This document shows, piece by piece, positions 11,805 through 23,943 of a stretch of 64,000 nucleotides of DNA (its first letter is position 1; each line of letters begins with the position of its first letter). The DNA is from Mesotaenium endlicherianum (lineage: Eukaryota), in contig WELA01001776.1 in NCBI GenBank assembly GCA_009602735.1, positions 62,001 to 126,000 on the forward strand, written 5' to 3'. Made by a program: the position numbers and the translations under genes. Below the pieces are notes generated by a model. The model ran no database searches. It worked only from the letters and a program-made list of their open reading frames with translations, and was not told the origin of the DNA.

Positions 11805-13212
11805 TGTTCACTGTAGTGGCCCAATTGCTGACAATGGTAGCAAATGGATTTCGATGAGGCTGGTCTCGGCTTAGTCCTACCACCACCTCTTCCATAGCCG
11901 CCTCGAGAGAAACCACCTCTACTTCTAGACTGTATAGCATTATACTCATACTCGTATTCATCACCCGGATCATCCTCAGCCTGGTCTCTTTCAATTGCAT
12001 TGTAGGAACCGTGGGGCTTTTTGAAAATCTTAGACACCAAAGCATTACTCTGGCGCTTGTGATTGAACTGCTGCTGATCCCAGGCATCAGCATCCTGGAT
12101 CAAGTCAGCCAGTTTCTCATACTTCTTCTCAGCAAAATGACCAGAGACTTCGGATTTCAAGCCCTACCTAAAGTATGCTATCCTATACCGCTCTGGCAAG
12201 TCTAGCTGTTTCATCATGTTCTCTTGGAGCTTTTGAGCAAACTCAGCAACTGAAGTGGTCTGCTTCAGTGTTAAGGAGATCATCGCATAGATAGCTTTCT
12301 CCTGCTGGTTGATGACATCAAAGTTCTCATGCAACTTCTCGACAAATTCTACCCACGTAGGATCACCGAGTTGCCGAGCCTTACGTTCTCCTTTCCAGGA
12401 CAGCCCCCAGTCTGCGTCACTGCCTTTCAGTAGCGCACCAGTGTGCCTGACCTTCTCGAAATCTTGCAGCTCTGGGTAGTTCTCCAGCCACTGCTCAACA
12501 TCCGCGAGAAACTTGATCACGTAATATTTCCTGTTTCCCTCAGGATCATAGTCCTAAAAAGTTTTGGCTTAGGCTTACTAGGCCCTCTCCCACCACCACC
12601 AGTGGTTTGAGACCCCAGTTGGTCTCTGTCCCGCAGTAGAGACATTATGATTGTTTTGTCCTCCTGTTGGGACTGATACATGGTCGCCATTTGCGACTGC
12701 ATTTGAACGAACAATGCTCTTAAGTCTACACTCTGGGGTGGTAGTCTAGCAAATGCAGCAGCAGCATTGGCATCTACTCGCTGAGTAGTGTCCTCAACAG
12801 TCCCTCTCGCTCCTGCAGCAGCAATTCCTGCCGCATTCAGCCGGTCACGTGTTTGACCTAGGGGTACATTGAGTTGTACAGCAGGAGGTGGGTTAAGAAC
12901 ATTGGCCGTGGATGCCATAAGTTCTTCAACAGTGCGCTCGTCAGCTTGCTGTCCTTCCCTCCTTTCTGTATCTTCAGCAGCCTTTGCTAATTGTTCAGCC
13001 TCTAATCTGGCTCTCTCCTCCTCAGCTTGCTGTGCTGCGACTACGGCAATAGCAGCTGACTCATCTGCAGCCTCTCTAGCTGCAGTATCTGCCATTGCTT
13101 CAGAATAGGTACGGGTTCCCGCTACATGGCTTTCCGCGTGGTTTTTGACATTCTCGTTATCCTGGTTCTCCATGTCTCGGGAGTTGCTAGTTTGAGACCT
13201 TGTCCTTACCAT
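11687..13212 (-). pseudogene. gag: A2 gag with CCHC zinc knuckle, disrupted
   Basis: MVRTRSQ start just after the PBS. Capsid-like region 12164-12520. CYHCQQLGHYSEQC knuckle. Confidence 0.9.
11718..11759 (-). promoter_or_regulatory. Putative -1 ribosomal frameshift signal at the A2 gag/pol junction
   Basis: U_UUA_AAA in gag phase, 7-nt spacer, perfect 10-bp stem ACAGTCAGTA/TACTGACTGT. pol is in the -1 frame. Conserved in A3. Confidence 0.75.
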
Positions 13213-13231
13213 ACAAAGAAGACTGTGATAA

Positions 13232-13245
13232 CGGCCTTGATACCA
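13232..13245 (-). promoter_or_regulatory. Primer binding site (initiator tRNA-Met-like) of A2
   Basis: TGGTATCAAGGCC one base after the 5' LTR. A1 (20292-20303) and A3 (45030-45041) read TGGTATCGGAGC. Confidence 0.8.
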
Positions 13246-13246
13246 C

Positions 13247-13979
13247 TGAAATGAATCGACTTACCAAATAGGCAATTAACAATTAATAAAGATCTTTATA
13301 TCAGCAAGTAATCTTTATGGTATTTTTTGTTAACTGGTTAAACGACAAAGGACAACACACTAGCAGTAAATAATACTCGTAACTTAAATGCGAGTAAACT
13401 AGCACCAATCAAAGATTAGTAAACTCATACATTAGCAAGGTTAGAAGACAGTGCGTATCAATGGCTTCTCGCCTTGGATTCAGATCTCTCTCAGTAAGCT
13501 GTACCAGAGAGTTGGCCTCGTTTCCAAATGTCGAATTCAAGAGCAATGCCTAGCATATGTACATGGAATGAGTTTACTGTTCAACGGTCAGTGCAATGGC
13601 ACCGCCTACCCGGGAGTTAACCACGTTGGTAGGACTTCGATTAACCAAATCCACCGCCATCTCCCATCATCCCGAATAGCCATCCATCATAGGGATGTCA
13701 TCTGGCCATTCATCTAGCAGGTGGTACTTAGATGCATATCAAGGCAGTTCGCTGCTACCGAGCACGGANTACCGAGTACGGAAGTCAGCTGGCTGTCAAA
13801 GAATGTGTCAGCAAGCTGACTTAAGCTGACTTCAGCCTGCTGCTTCCGGCTGAGTCATTAAACTGATATTAAATATAAAGTCCACCAGACTGATTATTAA
13901 CTAGAGTTCAGCAGGCTCAACTTATTTAATTGTTATATTTAAATGAATATTATATCAACCAATATACTGATTCATTACA
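13247..13979 (-). repeat. 5' LTR of A2
   Basis: Direct repeat of 5157-5876 with TG..CA termini. Confidence 0.95.
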
Positions 13980-13984
13980 ATGAT

Positions 13985-16967
13985 ATACTTCTCGCCCATA
14001 AACCATAGCGAATGGTGACTACTTGGTGGATCCCTGCATACTGTTGTTGTAGGCAAACTCCAATCCTGGCAGCTTCTTGTCCCACTCTGAAGGGTCCTCC
14101 ATAGTGAAACTCCTGAGCACCTCTTGCAGAGTTCTGTTGAGCGTCTCACTCTGCCCGTCTGTCTGAGGGTGATAGGAAGCGCTCATACTCAGCTTGGTCC
14201 CCATCAAAGTAGACAATGACCGCCAAAAGTTGCTGGTAAACCTTGGATCCCGATCTGAAACAATCACCTTCGGCAACCCATGTAGCTTGAAAATATGATC
14301 AAAGAATAGCCGTGCCACATCCGCTGCCGTAGAAGTCTCCTTCATGGGAATGAAGTGAGCCATCTTGCTGAGTCTGTCAGACAAAACCCATACTGCATCG
14401 TCAGCNAAACCCATACTGCATCGTGCTTTTGACCACTCACTGGTAACGATGTATTGAAGTCCATAGCAATCTGCTCCCAAAGATACTCTGGAATAGGCAG
14501 GGGCTGCAATGTACCTCCCTTCTTTTGATTTGGTGTCTTATTTCTCTGGCACGCATCACAACTCTTGATCCACTCGTCGATATACTTGTCCATATTTCTC
14601 CAATAGTACTCCCGCTTCAGCACGCTTGCCGTCTTCTCGCTTCCAAAGTGTCCAGCATATAAGCAGTCATGATGCTCCGCAAGTAGTAAGTCTCGTAGCT
14701 CCTTGATGTCAGGTACCACCACTCTCTTGGAATCACCATAATACCACATGCCGTCCTTCTTCTGCATACTTGAGTTAGACTCGGTTGTTTCATTGTCAGC
14801 AAACTCTGGATCCTCCTTATAACCTCTCTGAAGCTTCTCCTTGAAGTCCATACTCTCCTTGATGACCGAGACAGCTGCAAGGTCACACCTTCTGGATAAA
14901 GCATATGCAGGGTTGACCTTCCCAGGTAAATACTCAATCTTGTGGTCGAATTGTTGCAGAAACTCCATCCACCTTGCCTGTCTTGGTGTCAACGTTGGTT
15001 GCGTCATAAACTTCTCTAAGCTCTTGTGGTCGGTCTTGATGAACACCTTCCGGCCGTCCACATACCATCGCCAAATCCTCAAAGCCTGAATAATAGCCAA
15101 CATCTCCCGCTCGTGTGCTGCATAATTCTGCTCAGCAGGACTCAACTTCCTGCTCTCGTATGCCATAGTTTGCAATCCTTTGCCCTGGTCCTGGAGAAGA
15201 ATGCCCCCCACTGCAAAATTTGATGCGTCCGTGATGATGGTGAAAGGAAGCTCTGGACTTGCAATTGCCAACAAAGGTGCCTGTGTCAACAGCTCCTTAA
15301 TCTTCTCAAAGGCTTGCTGCTCCTTGTCACCCCATAGCCACTTCTCCTGCTTCTTCAACATGTCCGTGAGCGGTGCACACACCTTGGCAAATTCTTCAAT
15401 GAAACGTCGATAATAATTCGCCATGCCGAGGAAACTCCTGAGTTGATGAATATCAGCAGGCACTGACCAATCTCTGACTGCTTGCACCTTCTTCTGCTCC
15501 ACCTTTACTCCTTCAACTCCCACTATGTGTCCAAGGAACTCGACCTCCTTGAGACAGAAGTCGCACTTGCTCATCTTCCCATATAACTTCTGATCTCTCA
15601 AGACCTCCAACATCTTTCTCAGATGCTCCACATGCTCTTCCAAGGTCTTTGAATAGATGAGGATGTCGTCCAAAAATAACACCACAAACTGGTCCAAATA
15701 GGGTCTGAAGATACTATTCATGAGTCCCATAAATGTAGCAGGTGCATTAGTCAATCCAAAAGGCATGACTGTGAACTCGAATAAACAATAGCGAGTCCTG
15801 AAAGCAGTCTTCTGCAAGTCTCCTTCCGCAATCTGTACCTGGTGATAGCCACTCCTCAAATCGATCTTCGAGAAATACTTCGCCCCGACAAGCCTCTCAA
15901 TCAACTCGTCCACTCGTGGAAGTGGGTACCTGTTCTTGATAGTGACCTTGTTGAGTGCCCGGTAGTCGACATACATCCTCATAGTCTCATCCTTCTTTTT
16001 CACAAATAAGACTGGCGCTGCAAATGGAGACTCGCTGGGTCGGATGAATCCCTTCTCCAATAACTCTTTCAGCTGCTTCTTCAACTCATCCAACTCCGCA
16101 AACGATTGACGATAGGCGGGCCTCACTGATGGCTTGCTCCCTGGTTCCAACTCGATCTTGTGCTTCATAACTCTCTGTGGAGGTAATCCTGTAGGTAGCT
16201 CCTCAGGAAATACGCTCTTGAACTTTTCCAATAGCGCCTTAATTTGGGCAGGCATCTCAGCAGGCTTCTTCTCTTGAGCAGTTGGGCTCTGCTCCTTCTG
16301 AGCAAGGGGATCAGACACCACTACTTGCTCCTCCGGCGATGTACATTCGTCCAGGCTGTTAGGATTCACGCTTGCTCCGTCTCATGACCTGGCCAGGGCC
16401 ACCAAAACAAGGTACATCTCCTTCACCTGATTTGCCCTGCATAGCTTCTGAACTTGCAGGCTCGACAGAAGACAGTTACTTATGGTCGTATCTACCTCCA
16501 CCTGTTTCGCTGTCTCCATTCGACCATCACGCCCTTGGACTTTCACTTGTCCTGTGCTCCAGTGCACTCGAGGGTTGGCTTTTCTCAGCCATGGTCGGCC
16601 CAATATCACCTCATGGTGACCCAACTTCCTTACTCCGGTGCCCCGCTACTTCCACATGAATAGCTTCCGTAGGTGCACCACACTCGAGTCTCTGCCCATT
16701 CGCCAAAATTGCCTCCTTAGGCTCATAATGCTTTTGCACAGGGATTCGCCACTCTTTCACCAGCTTCTTGTGCACAAAATTTGCACTTGCACCATTGTCG
16801 ACCATACACTTCGCCTTTTTGCCGTCGACTACTCCTTCCACGATGATAGGCTTGTCAACATCTCGTCCTTTGCTTCTCGGCAGGCTCCTGGGGATAACCT
16901 TTTTGTGAGTTCTTGTCTTCACGCCAGTAGACACCCCAGAACGACTTACTGGCGTCCTCCTTTTTCC
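13985..16967 (-). pseudogene. pol: Element B pol (protease, RT, RNase H, integrase core)
   Basis: MVDNGASANF protease in 16611-17159. 675-aa ORF 14342-16369 with FLDD, TDASN and HHCC. 14019-14480 has SDRD and HPQTDGQSE. Confidence 0.95.
16921..16967 (-). promoter_or_regulatory. Putative -1 frameshift signal at the B gag/pol junction
   Basis: G_GAA_AAA in gag phase, 5-nt spacer, 9-bp stem ACGCCAGTA/TACTGGCGT that contains the gag stop. The protease is in the -1 frame. Confidence 0.6.
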
Positions 16968-17990
16968 TGCTGTTGAGATTGCTTCGCCTTCAAATAACAG
17001 TCTCGAGCCAGATGTCCAAGCTTGCTGCAAATATAGCAGGGTCCTCTCGGCTTGAGATTCTGTTGCCTGCTCTGGTACTGCACAAGTCCCAACTCCATAG
17101 GTACTGGACCTTGTCCACTCGTGCTTGGCGCTTGAGATCCAAAGTGTCGATACCTCCAAAGTTGTGGCTGCCCCACTGCTTGTGACTATACTCCACAGCG
17201 TCGACCCTCGTTGCCAATGCCATCATTTCTCCAAGACTGGTAGGGTCCTTGAGCGCCACTTCCTTGGCCACAGTTGGCTTGAGTCCCCTCTTGAACTTGT
17301 CCATCATCTCCAACTCGTGCATGGATGGGCATTGAAACACCAGCTCGTCGAAGCGCAAAACATACTCCTGAACGCTTCCTCGCTGACGAAGGCGCACCAA
17401 TAGATCTCGAGCGGTAGCCTCGGATGCAATAGGTTGAAATTGCCTCCTCAAGCCTTCGAAGAGCTGATCAACAGTAGCAAGAACTCCAGACAGCTGTTCT
17501 TCTCGTTCATACCAAGCTCTAGCACTCTTTTGCAGCAAAGTTATGACAAAGGCGACTTGCCTGTCGGGCGTGAGCGCGAAGTACTCCATAAATTTCTTCA
17601 CTCCAAAAATCCATTGATGAACAGGCGGCGATCCACGCTCTCCAGTATAAACTTCAGGCTTAGGCGCACGCACTCCTGATGCGGGTGGAATAACTGGTTG
17701 CACCACTGGGTTAACATGAATCGGTGGCACAACAGATGCAGGTGCCAAACTCGTCGAAGCGGCGTTCCCCATAACAACTCGCACCATTCTCTCCACCTCC
17801 GCGCGCATATTTTGTTAGAATTGGGTATAGACTTCTCCTCCAATTGCATTCGCCATTTGCCTTAGCATCGCCTGCATCTCTTATTGCTCTCTGGTCATTA
17901 TTGGTGCTGCCTGCTGCCCCGCGCGCTCAACATACTCGACATGTTTGCCTCCTCCAGCTGTCGACTGCGACTCCATAGTATAATATGCAA
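16946..17990 (-). pseudogene. gag: Element B gag with zinc knuckle, frameshifted
   Basis: 16990-17808 retrotransposon gag (LRQRGSVQEYVLRF, FKRGLK). CYICSKLGHLARDC in 16946-17176. The start position is approximate. Confidence 0.9.
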
Positions 17991-18013
17991 ACTAGCCCAG
18001 CTCCAATACCAGA

Positions 18014-18756
18014 TGAAAGGGGCAAGGTGCCCTAGTGGAAGCGTAGTGATTCACGAGGAAAGGAACAAGTTGCAATTATACTAGAGAGTGCAGCGGCATA
18101 TCACTAACAAAGTTTAGGAAAAATACTCAACATTTTGAGTAGCAAGAAACTGCTTACAAATGATGTAAGATGAAAGGCCTTGTCATTACAAACACGTAGA
18201 AATTTACAGAAGTGAAAACTGATAAGAAACAAAGAAGTTATGCCTATTTATAATTTTCTGCCTAAGTGCTCCTCTCTAGGAGGAAGCTACGGATTTTCTA
18301 AGTGTTTGTCAAATCGTCCCTTCCAGAATATTCGTGAGTAAGCTAGATCAGTCTAATCTGACGTGTCGGGCCGAATTGACGTCCACATACATGCATTGAC
18401 ATTACTAGAATATTCTGTCTTAGACGCGCTAGGTTAAACCGAAACTTCTAGGTAAATCGAGCTAGTCGGCACTCCGCGTCCGCCGAACTTACGTGAAGGT
18501 TCGAGTTCATTTTAACGGGCCAGATCGCTGGACGCTGTCGGTCAATCTGACGGTCGCGCTCACCGCGAATTAAGGACAGTCGTTAACCGACCTCAAAACT
18601 AATTAAACTTCAGAAATCCGTAACTCTCTCAATACTTGACCAAATTCGATGAACTTTATATCAAAATGACCACAAAAATGCACTCTACACTAATATACAA
18701 TCAAAATATACTTTCATGAAACTCAAAAATTCACTTTATGAACCTATGACCTTACA
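18014..18756 (-). repeat. 5' LTR of element B
   Basis: Direct repeat of 3783-4525. PBS TGGTATTGGAGC at 18000-18011. Confidence 0.95.
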
Positions 18757-18761
18757 TCTAT

Positions 18762-20270
18762 CATCCTCATAGTCACTAGACTGGATTGCTGACTGTTGCT
18801 GTCTTCTAAAGGCTGGTCTTTTCTCTTGACCTTTGGGAGGTGTTTAACTGGACACTGCTCTCTGAAGTGACCCGTATGCTAGCAATGGTAGCAAACAGAT
18901 TTTGCTGAGGCTGGTCTCCGCTTAGTCCTACCACCACCTCGTCCATAGCCGTCTTGGGAGAAACCACCTCTCCCTCTAAACTGCATAGAATTATACTCAT
19001 ACTCGTATTCATCACCCTGATCATCCTCAGCCTGGTCTCCTTCAATTGCATTGTAGGAACCGTGGGGCTTTTTGACAACCTTAGACAACAAAGCATTACT
19101 CTTCCGCTTGTGATTGAATTGCTGCTGATCCCAGGCATCAGCATCCTGGATCAAGTCAGCCAGTTTCTCATACTTTTTTTCAGCAAAATGACCTGAGACT
19201 TCGGCTTTTAAGCCAAACCTGAAGTATGCTATCCTATACCGCTCTGGCAAGTCTGGCTACCTCATCATGTTCTCCTAAAACTTTTGAGCAAGCTCAACAA
19301 CTGAATTGGTCTGCTTCAGTGTTAAGGAGATCATTGCATGGATAGCTTTCTCCTGCCGATTGATCACATCAAACTTCTCATGCAGTTTCTCGACAAACTC
19401 TACCCAAGTAGGGTCACCGAGTTGTTGAGCCTTACGCTCTCGTTTCCAATACAGCCTTCAGTCTGCTGCACTGCCTTTCAGTAAAGCACCTGTGTGCCTG
19501 ACCTTCTCGTAATCTTGCAATTCTGGGTAGTTCTCCAGCCACTGCTCAACATCAGCGAGAAACTTGATGAGGTAAGACTTTTTGTTCCCCTCAGGATCAT
19601 AATCCTGGGGAGGTTTAGGCTTCGGCTTACTAGGCCCTCTGCCACCATCACCTTCACCAGTGGTTTGAGAACTCAGTTGGTCTCTGTCCCGCAACAGAAA
19701 CATTATGATTCTCTTGTCCTCCTTTTGGGACTGATACATGCTCGCCATTTGCGATTGCATTTGCACAAACAATACTCCTAGATCCACATTTTGAGGTGGG
19801 AGTCTAGCAAATGCAGCAGTAGCAGTGGCATCCACTCGCTGAGTAGTGTCCTCAACAGTCCCTCTCGCTTTTGCAGCAGCAATTCCTGCCGCACTCAGCC
19901 GGTCACGAATTTCACCAAGAGGCACATTGAGTTATACAGCAGGAGGTGGGTTCAGAACATTGGCCCTTGCTGCCATACGTTCTTCGACAGCGCGCTCGTC
20001 CGCTGGCTGCCCTTTCCGCCGTTCTGTATCTTCAGCAGCTTTTGCTAATCGTTCGGCTTCTAGTCTAACTCTTTCCTCTTCAGCCTGCTGGGCTGCGACT
20101 GCAGCAATAGTAGCTGCCTCATTTGCAGCCTCTCTAGCTGCAGTATCTGCCACTGCTTCAGAATAGGTACGGGTTCCCGCTACATGGCTTTCCGCCTGGT
20201 TTTTGACATTCTCGTTATCCTGGTTCTCCATGTCTCGGGAGTTGCTAGTTTGAGACCTTGTCCTTACCAT
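18762..20270 (-). pseudogene. gag: A1 gag, disrupted
   Basis: Fragments 19932-20270, 19458-19925 and 18879-19250 are highly similar to A2 and A3 gag. Confidence 0.9.
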
Positions 20271-20304
20271 ACAAAGAAGATTGTGATAATTGCTCCGATA
20301 CCAC

Positions 20305-21019
20305 TGAAATGAATCGACTTACCAAGCAGGCGATCAACAATTAATAAAGATCTTTATATCAGCAAGTAATCTTTATGGTATTTTTCGTTAATTGAATTAA
20401 CAGCAAAGGACAACACACCAGCAGTGAACAATACTCGTAAGTCAAATGCAAGTAAACTAGCATCAATAATGCAATCAGTAAATTCACACATAAGCAAGGC
20501 TAGGAGACAGTGCGTATCAATGGCTTCTCGCCTTGGATTCAGATCTCTCTCAGTAAGTAGTACAAGAGAGTTGGCCTCGTTTCCGAATGCCGAACTCGAG
20601 AGCAATACCTAGCATATGTACATGGAATGAGTTTACTGTTCAACGGCCAGTGCGATGGCACCGCCTACCCGGGACTTAACCACGTTGGTAGGACCTCGGT
20701 TAACCAAATCCACCATCTCCCATCATCCCGAATCGCCATCCATCCTAAGGATGTCATCTGGCCATTCATCTAGCACACCACACTTAGGTGCATATCTAGA
20801 CAGTTCGCTGCTACAGAGTACGGAAGTCAGCTGGCTGGCAAAGAATGTGTCAGCAAGCTGACCTAGTAGACTTCAGCCTGCTGCCCCCGACTGAGTCATT
20901 AAACTGATTATTTTATAAAATCCAATAGACTCAATAATAACTAAAGTTCAGCAAGCTGAACTTATTTAACTATTATATTTAAATGAATATTATGTCAACC
21001 AATATACTAATTCATTACA
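20305..21019 (-). repeat. 5' LTR of A1
   Basis: Family A LTR sequence with TG..CA termini and adjacent PBS. Confidence 0.93.
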
Positions 21020-21039
21020 CTACTACACAAATTACTTAC

Positions 21040-21494
21040 TACTTTTGCTTATGTATAAGTTCATTGACTGCATTATTGATGCTCTTTTTTTGCATTGCCT
21101 CAGGAAAATTGCATATGTTAGTTGTGTTCTGCTTTTTTTTATTTAATGAGTTGATTAGAAAACACCATAAGGATTACTTAGTCACATAAAGCTCTTTATC
21201 AAATTGTATATTGCTTATTGGTAAGTCGATCCATGCAAGTAGGGAGGTCAAAAGTTCAATGTGATGCCTTTTGGTCTGACTAATGCTTCGCAACCTTCAT
21301 GGACGCCATAAATGACATTCTGATTACATTTTTGATGCTTGTTTACTTGATTTGATTATTTAAAATTGCTTACGTCAATTGTGTTATGCTTTGGCTTTTT
21401 AATAACTTAATCAATAACCACCATAAAAATTACATGGTGATGTGAACATCTTCACGAAATCCTTGTTCGCATATTGGTGAGTCGATTCATTTCA
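21040..21494 (+). mobile_element. Old family-A-like debris in the opposite orientation (two LTR-end fragments and a short RT fragment)
   Basis: ATTGGTAAGTCGATCCATGCA and ATTGGTGAGTCGATTCATTTCA resemble the family A LTR 3' end. 21254-21320 encodes [11 protein letters not shown]. Confidence 0.7.
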
Positions 21495-22575
21495 ACAGCT
21501 GACAAGTTTCAGTGCGGGACATCCTGCCCCTGCAATTACCGTTGCGTAGTATCGCTAAAATCCGTGCGAGCGTGCGAGCGTGTGGGCAATATCGCGTTGC
21601 TCGTTGAGTGTTGGTAGTCAAGTGCCTGCCACATTGCGGCCGTGTGGGGTTGCCAGGATTCAGCACCTGAGCGCCTAACATTTTGAATGCAATCGTGTAA
21701 TCACCGTCTGGCGCTGCGTCAATGCACAAACTTATGGACAATGGCAAGTTGCTCGTCGCGACTGCACCTACCATCCTATCAGGTGACGGCGTGCATACAA
21801 ATGTTGCACAGATGCCACGTGTCGGCGTGGCAATATCGGTTGAGAGCGCGGGTGCAAATGAGGCCGACATGCATTGTAGCTGACGGCACTGAATAGCGCA
21901 CAATGTCAAGAGTTCTCATCCTCGAACGCAACCAGCTCGTTGCTGATCGCGTCGTAACTCAATACATCCTCGCCACGTGTTAGAGCAGCGTCGACTGGCG
22001 CTACGACTGCAGTCTTTGCGGCGATGTCGCTCGTGCGCATTAGCCCAAAGTCGCTGCCGAGTCTCCGCGAGTCCGCTTGTGCTCGTGGTTGCTCTATTCC
22101 TGCAGGTAGACAACCTGCAGGTGCCCGACCTTGCCGTAGCACGTGCAGCATTTGGCTTGTCGTTTTGCGCGAAGATACTGTTCCAACGAGAGTGACCCAT
22201 CCTGCTGCAGACTTGGCAGTGGTTATCCTACGTAATGGCGGCCATAGAGATGCGGCTTGGGAGGTGCTGTGCTACTCCGTCGCAGCTCCTGGCGCACAAC
22301 AATGGACGCCAATCCGACGTGATCACTAATGTTGCTGCGTTCGGTTGCAAAACCGACTTTGTCTCTCCACGACTCTGTAGGCGTCACCCAACATGTACTT
22401 GACGCCAGCGCAACCGATGAGAGGTGCATGACTCTCTCTCTCAGGCGTGGCTCTATATCTTGTAGAAATATATTTGCGGCCTCACGATAAGTGTCGGAGC
22501 CCACTTCTCTACGTAGGTGGGTTAAGCAGCGGAACATCATGCAAATCGTCTCTCCCTTGCCGAGGAATAAGTGGT
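21495..22575 (-). mobile_element. Degenerate relic of a family-C element (gag region), left part
   Basis: MMFRCLTHLRREVGSDTYREAANIFLQDIEPRLRERVM and SNISDHVGLAS match element C gag (MMYRRLTHLRRDVGTVTDREPTEIFLRAVEPHLRERAM; SNISDRVGLAS). Confidence 0.8.
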
Positions 22576-22730
22576 TGAAATGAATTGTCTTACCAAATAG
22601 GCGATTGACAATTAATAAAGATCTTTATATCAACAAGTAATCTTTATGGTATTTTTCGTTAACTGGTTCAACGGCAAAAGGACAACACACTAGCAGTGAA
22701 CAACACTCTAGTCAAATGCGAGTAAATTAG

Positions 22731-22865
22731 TGTCGTGCAATAGGAGGTCGGATGCGTATCAATGACACAAGCAATGCATAATATGCAAGCAGGCTTTGCT
22801 GCAATGAAGTCTAAATACATGTGGCTTCATAGCCAAACGATAGTCACGCGTCAAATATTTTAATT
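22731..22865 (-). repeat. Element C repeat B2 (135 bp, element 3' terminus)
   Basis: Near-identical to 23795-23930. Confidence 0.92.
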
Positions 22866-23792
22866 CTGGAAGCACATCATGATCTTCAAGAGTAGTCCTA
22901 TATCAGGGGATATAAGCTGTGACTTTGCTCACCACTTGTGAAGTTCTTTTAGTGAGTGGAAACCAGCAAGGCTTGCTCTTCACAAGAGAGAGACTAAGTG
23001 GTCCTGAAAACACAAGAGATAAAAGTGTAAGCTTTACTGAAAATCTCTGTGACTTACAACTGGCATAATGGGACCTCTAAAAAGATGTTCCTCTAGGGAC
23101 ATCTCTAGCACTTATACTCCTCAAAACCCGGCGTCGTATGCGGCGGATCCAATGCATGTAGTCACTCTAGGAGGCTCTCCTATGTCCACTAATGTGTACA
23201 AGGCATGTACTAGCACTCCTATAGGCTAAGCATAACTCAAACCAATCAAAGCAAAGCACGTAAAATATGCTAAGTGTCTCTCATTGGTGGAGCTTCCCTT
23301 GGGTAGTTCTACCTAGACAACGCCTCAAAAGTGAATATGAAACTTGAGGAAGCTTCCTCTAGGAGTAGGTGATGCAATCACCAAGTTATAGCCTCAATGA
23401 TGCACTTATACTGTGGAAATGCAAGACTTATGTAGTCTAAAGGGCTCGCGGACTTGTGCGCACAAAGCTAGGGGTCCTTGGGGTCACGAATAGTCAACAT
23501 TGTCACCTTTGGGTGCATTGAGTCACAAGTTGGCCATTTGGTGTGATTCCGCTCGGTGCCGAAAGGAGTGCGGACTAGATCGCGTCTATCTCGCTCGATA
23601 ATTAACCAAATGACGCGAAACCGGTGCCATTCGGAAGATGCTTCAATGCACTACACTTTGGTGACTCGAAAATCTAGAGAAGGTCAACATATGGATGCGT
23701 AAAGTCAATGAAAAGTTGGTCTTCCTAGGTTGATGGTTCACACACGTAGAGCTTGGTTTTGTACGTCAACCTCGAGTTAATAAATCATGACA
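22866..23792 (-). repeat. Element C repeat A2 (~927 bp)
   Basis: Near-identical to 34875-35810. Confidence 0.93.
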
Positions 23793-23794
23793 GC

Positions 23795-23930
23795 TGTCGT
23801 GCGGTAGGAGGTCGGGTGCGTATCAATGACACAAGCAATGCATAATATGCAAGCAGGCTTTGCTGCAATGAAGTCTATAATACATGTGGCTTCATAGCCA
23901 AACGATAGTCACGAGTCAAATGTTTTAATT
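23795..23930 (-). repeat. Element C repeat B1 (136 bp), preceded in element sense by a G-rich PPT-like tract
   Basis: Copy of 22731-22865. GGGGGGGA at 23931-23938 on the minus strand. Confidence 0.92.
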
Positions 23931-23943
23931 TCCCCCCCAGCTC

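Larger units (their letters stand above)
5157..13979 (-). mobile_element. Ty3/Gypsy chromovirus, family A, copy A2, full length, nested in the integrase of B
   Basis: LTRs 5157-5876 and 13247-13979. Perfect TSD ATGAT (5152-5156 / 13980-13984). PBS, PPT, gag, pol and extra ORF present. Confidence 0.96.
3783..18756 (-). mobile_element. Ty3/Gypsy chromovirus, family B, full length, nested in A1 and interrupted by A2
   Basis: LTR pair 3783-4525 and 18014-18756 (TG..CA). TSD TCTAG/TCTAT. PBS TGGTATTGGAGC, PPT GAGGAGGGGGATGA. gag-pol with chromodomain. Confidence 0.95.
1..21019 (-). mobile_element. Ty3/Gypsy chromovirus, family A, copy A1 (3' end outside window; interrupted by element B at 3783-18756)
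   Basis: 5' LTR 20305-21019 with adjacent PBS. gag 18762-20270 resumes as PR/RT/RH/IN at 1-3782, collinear with copies A2 and A3. Chromodomain (YEVEEIL..WKGY..DTWE) at the window edge. Confidence 0.93.
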
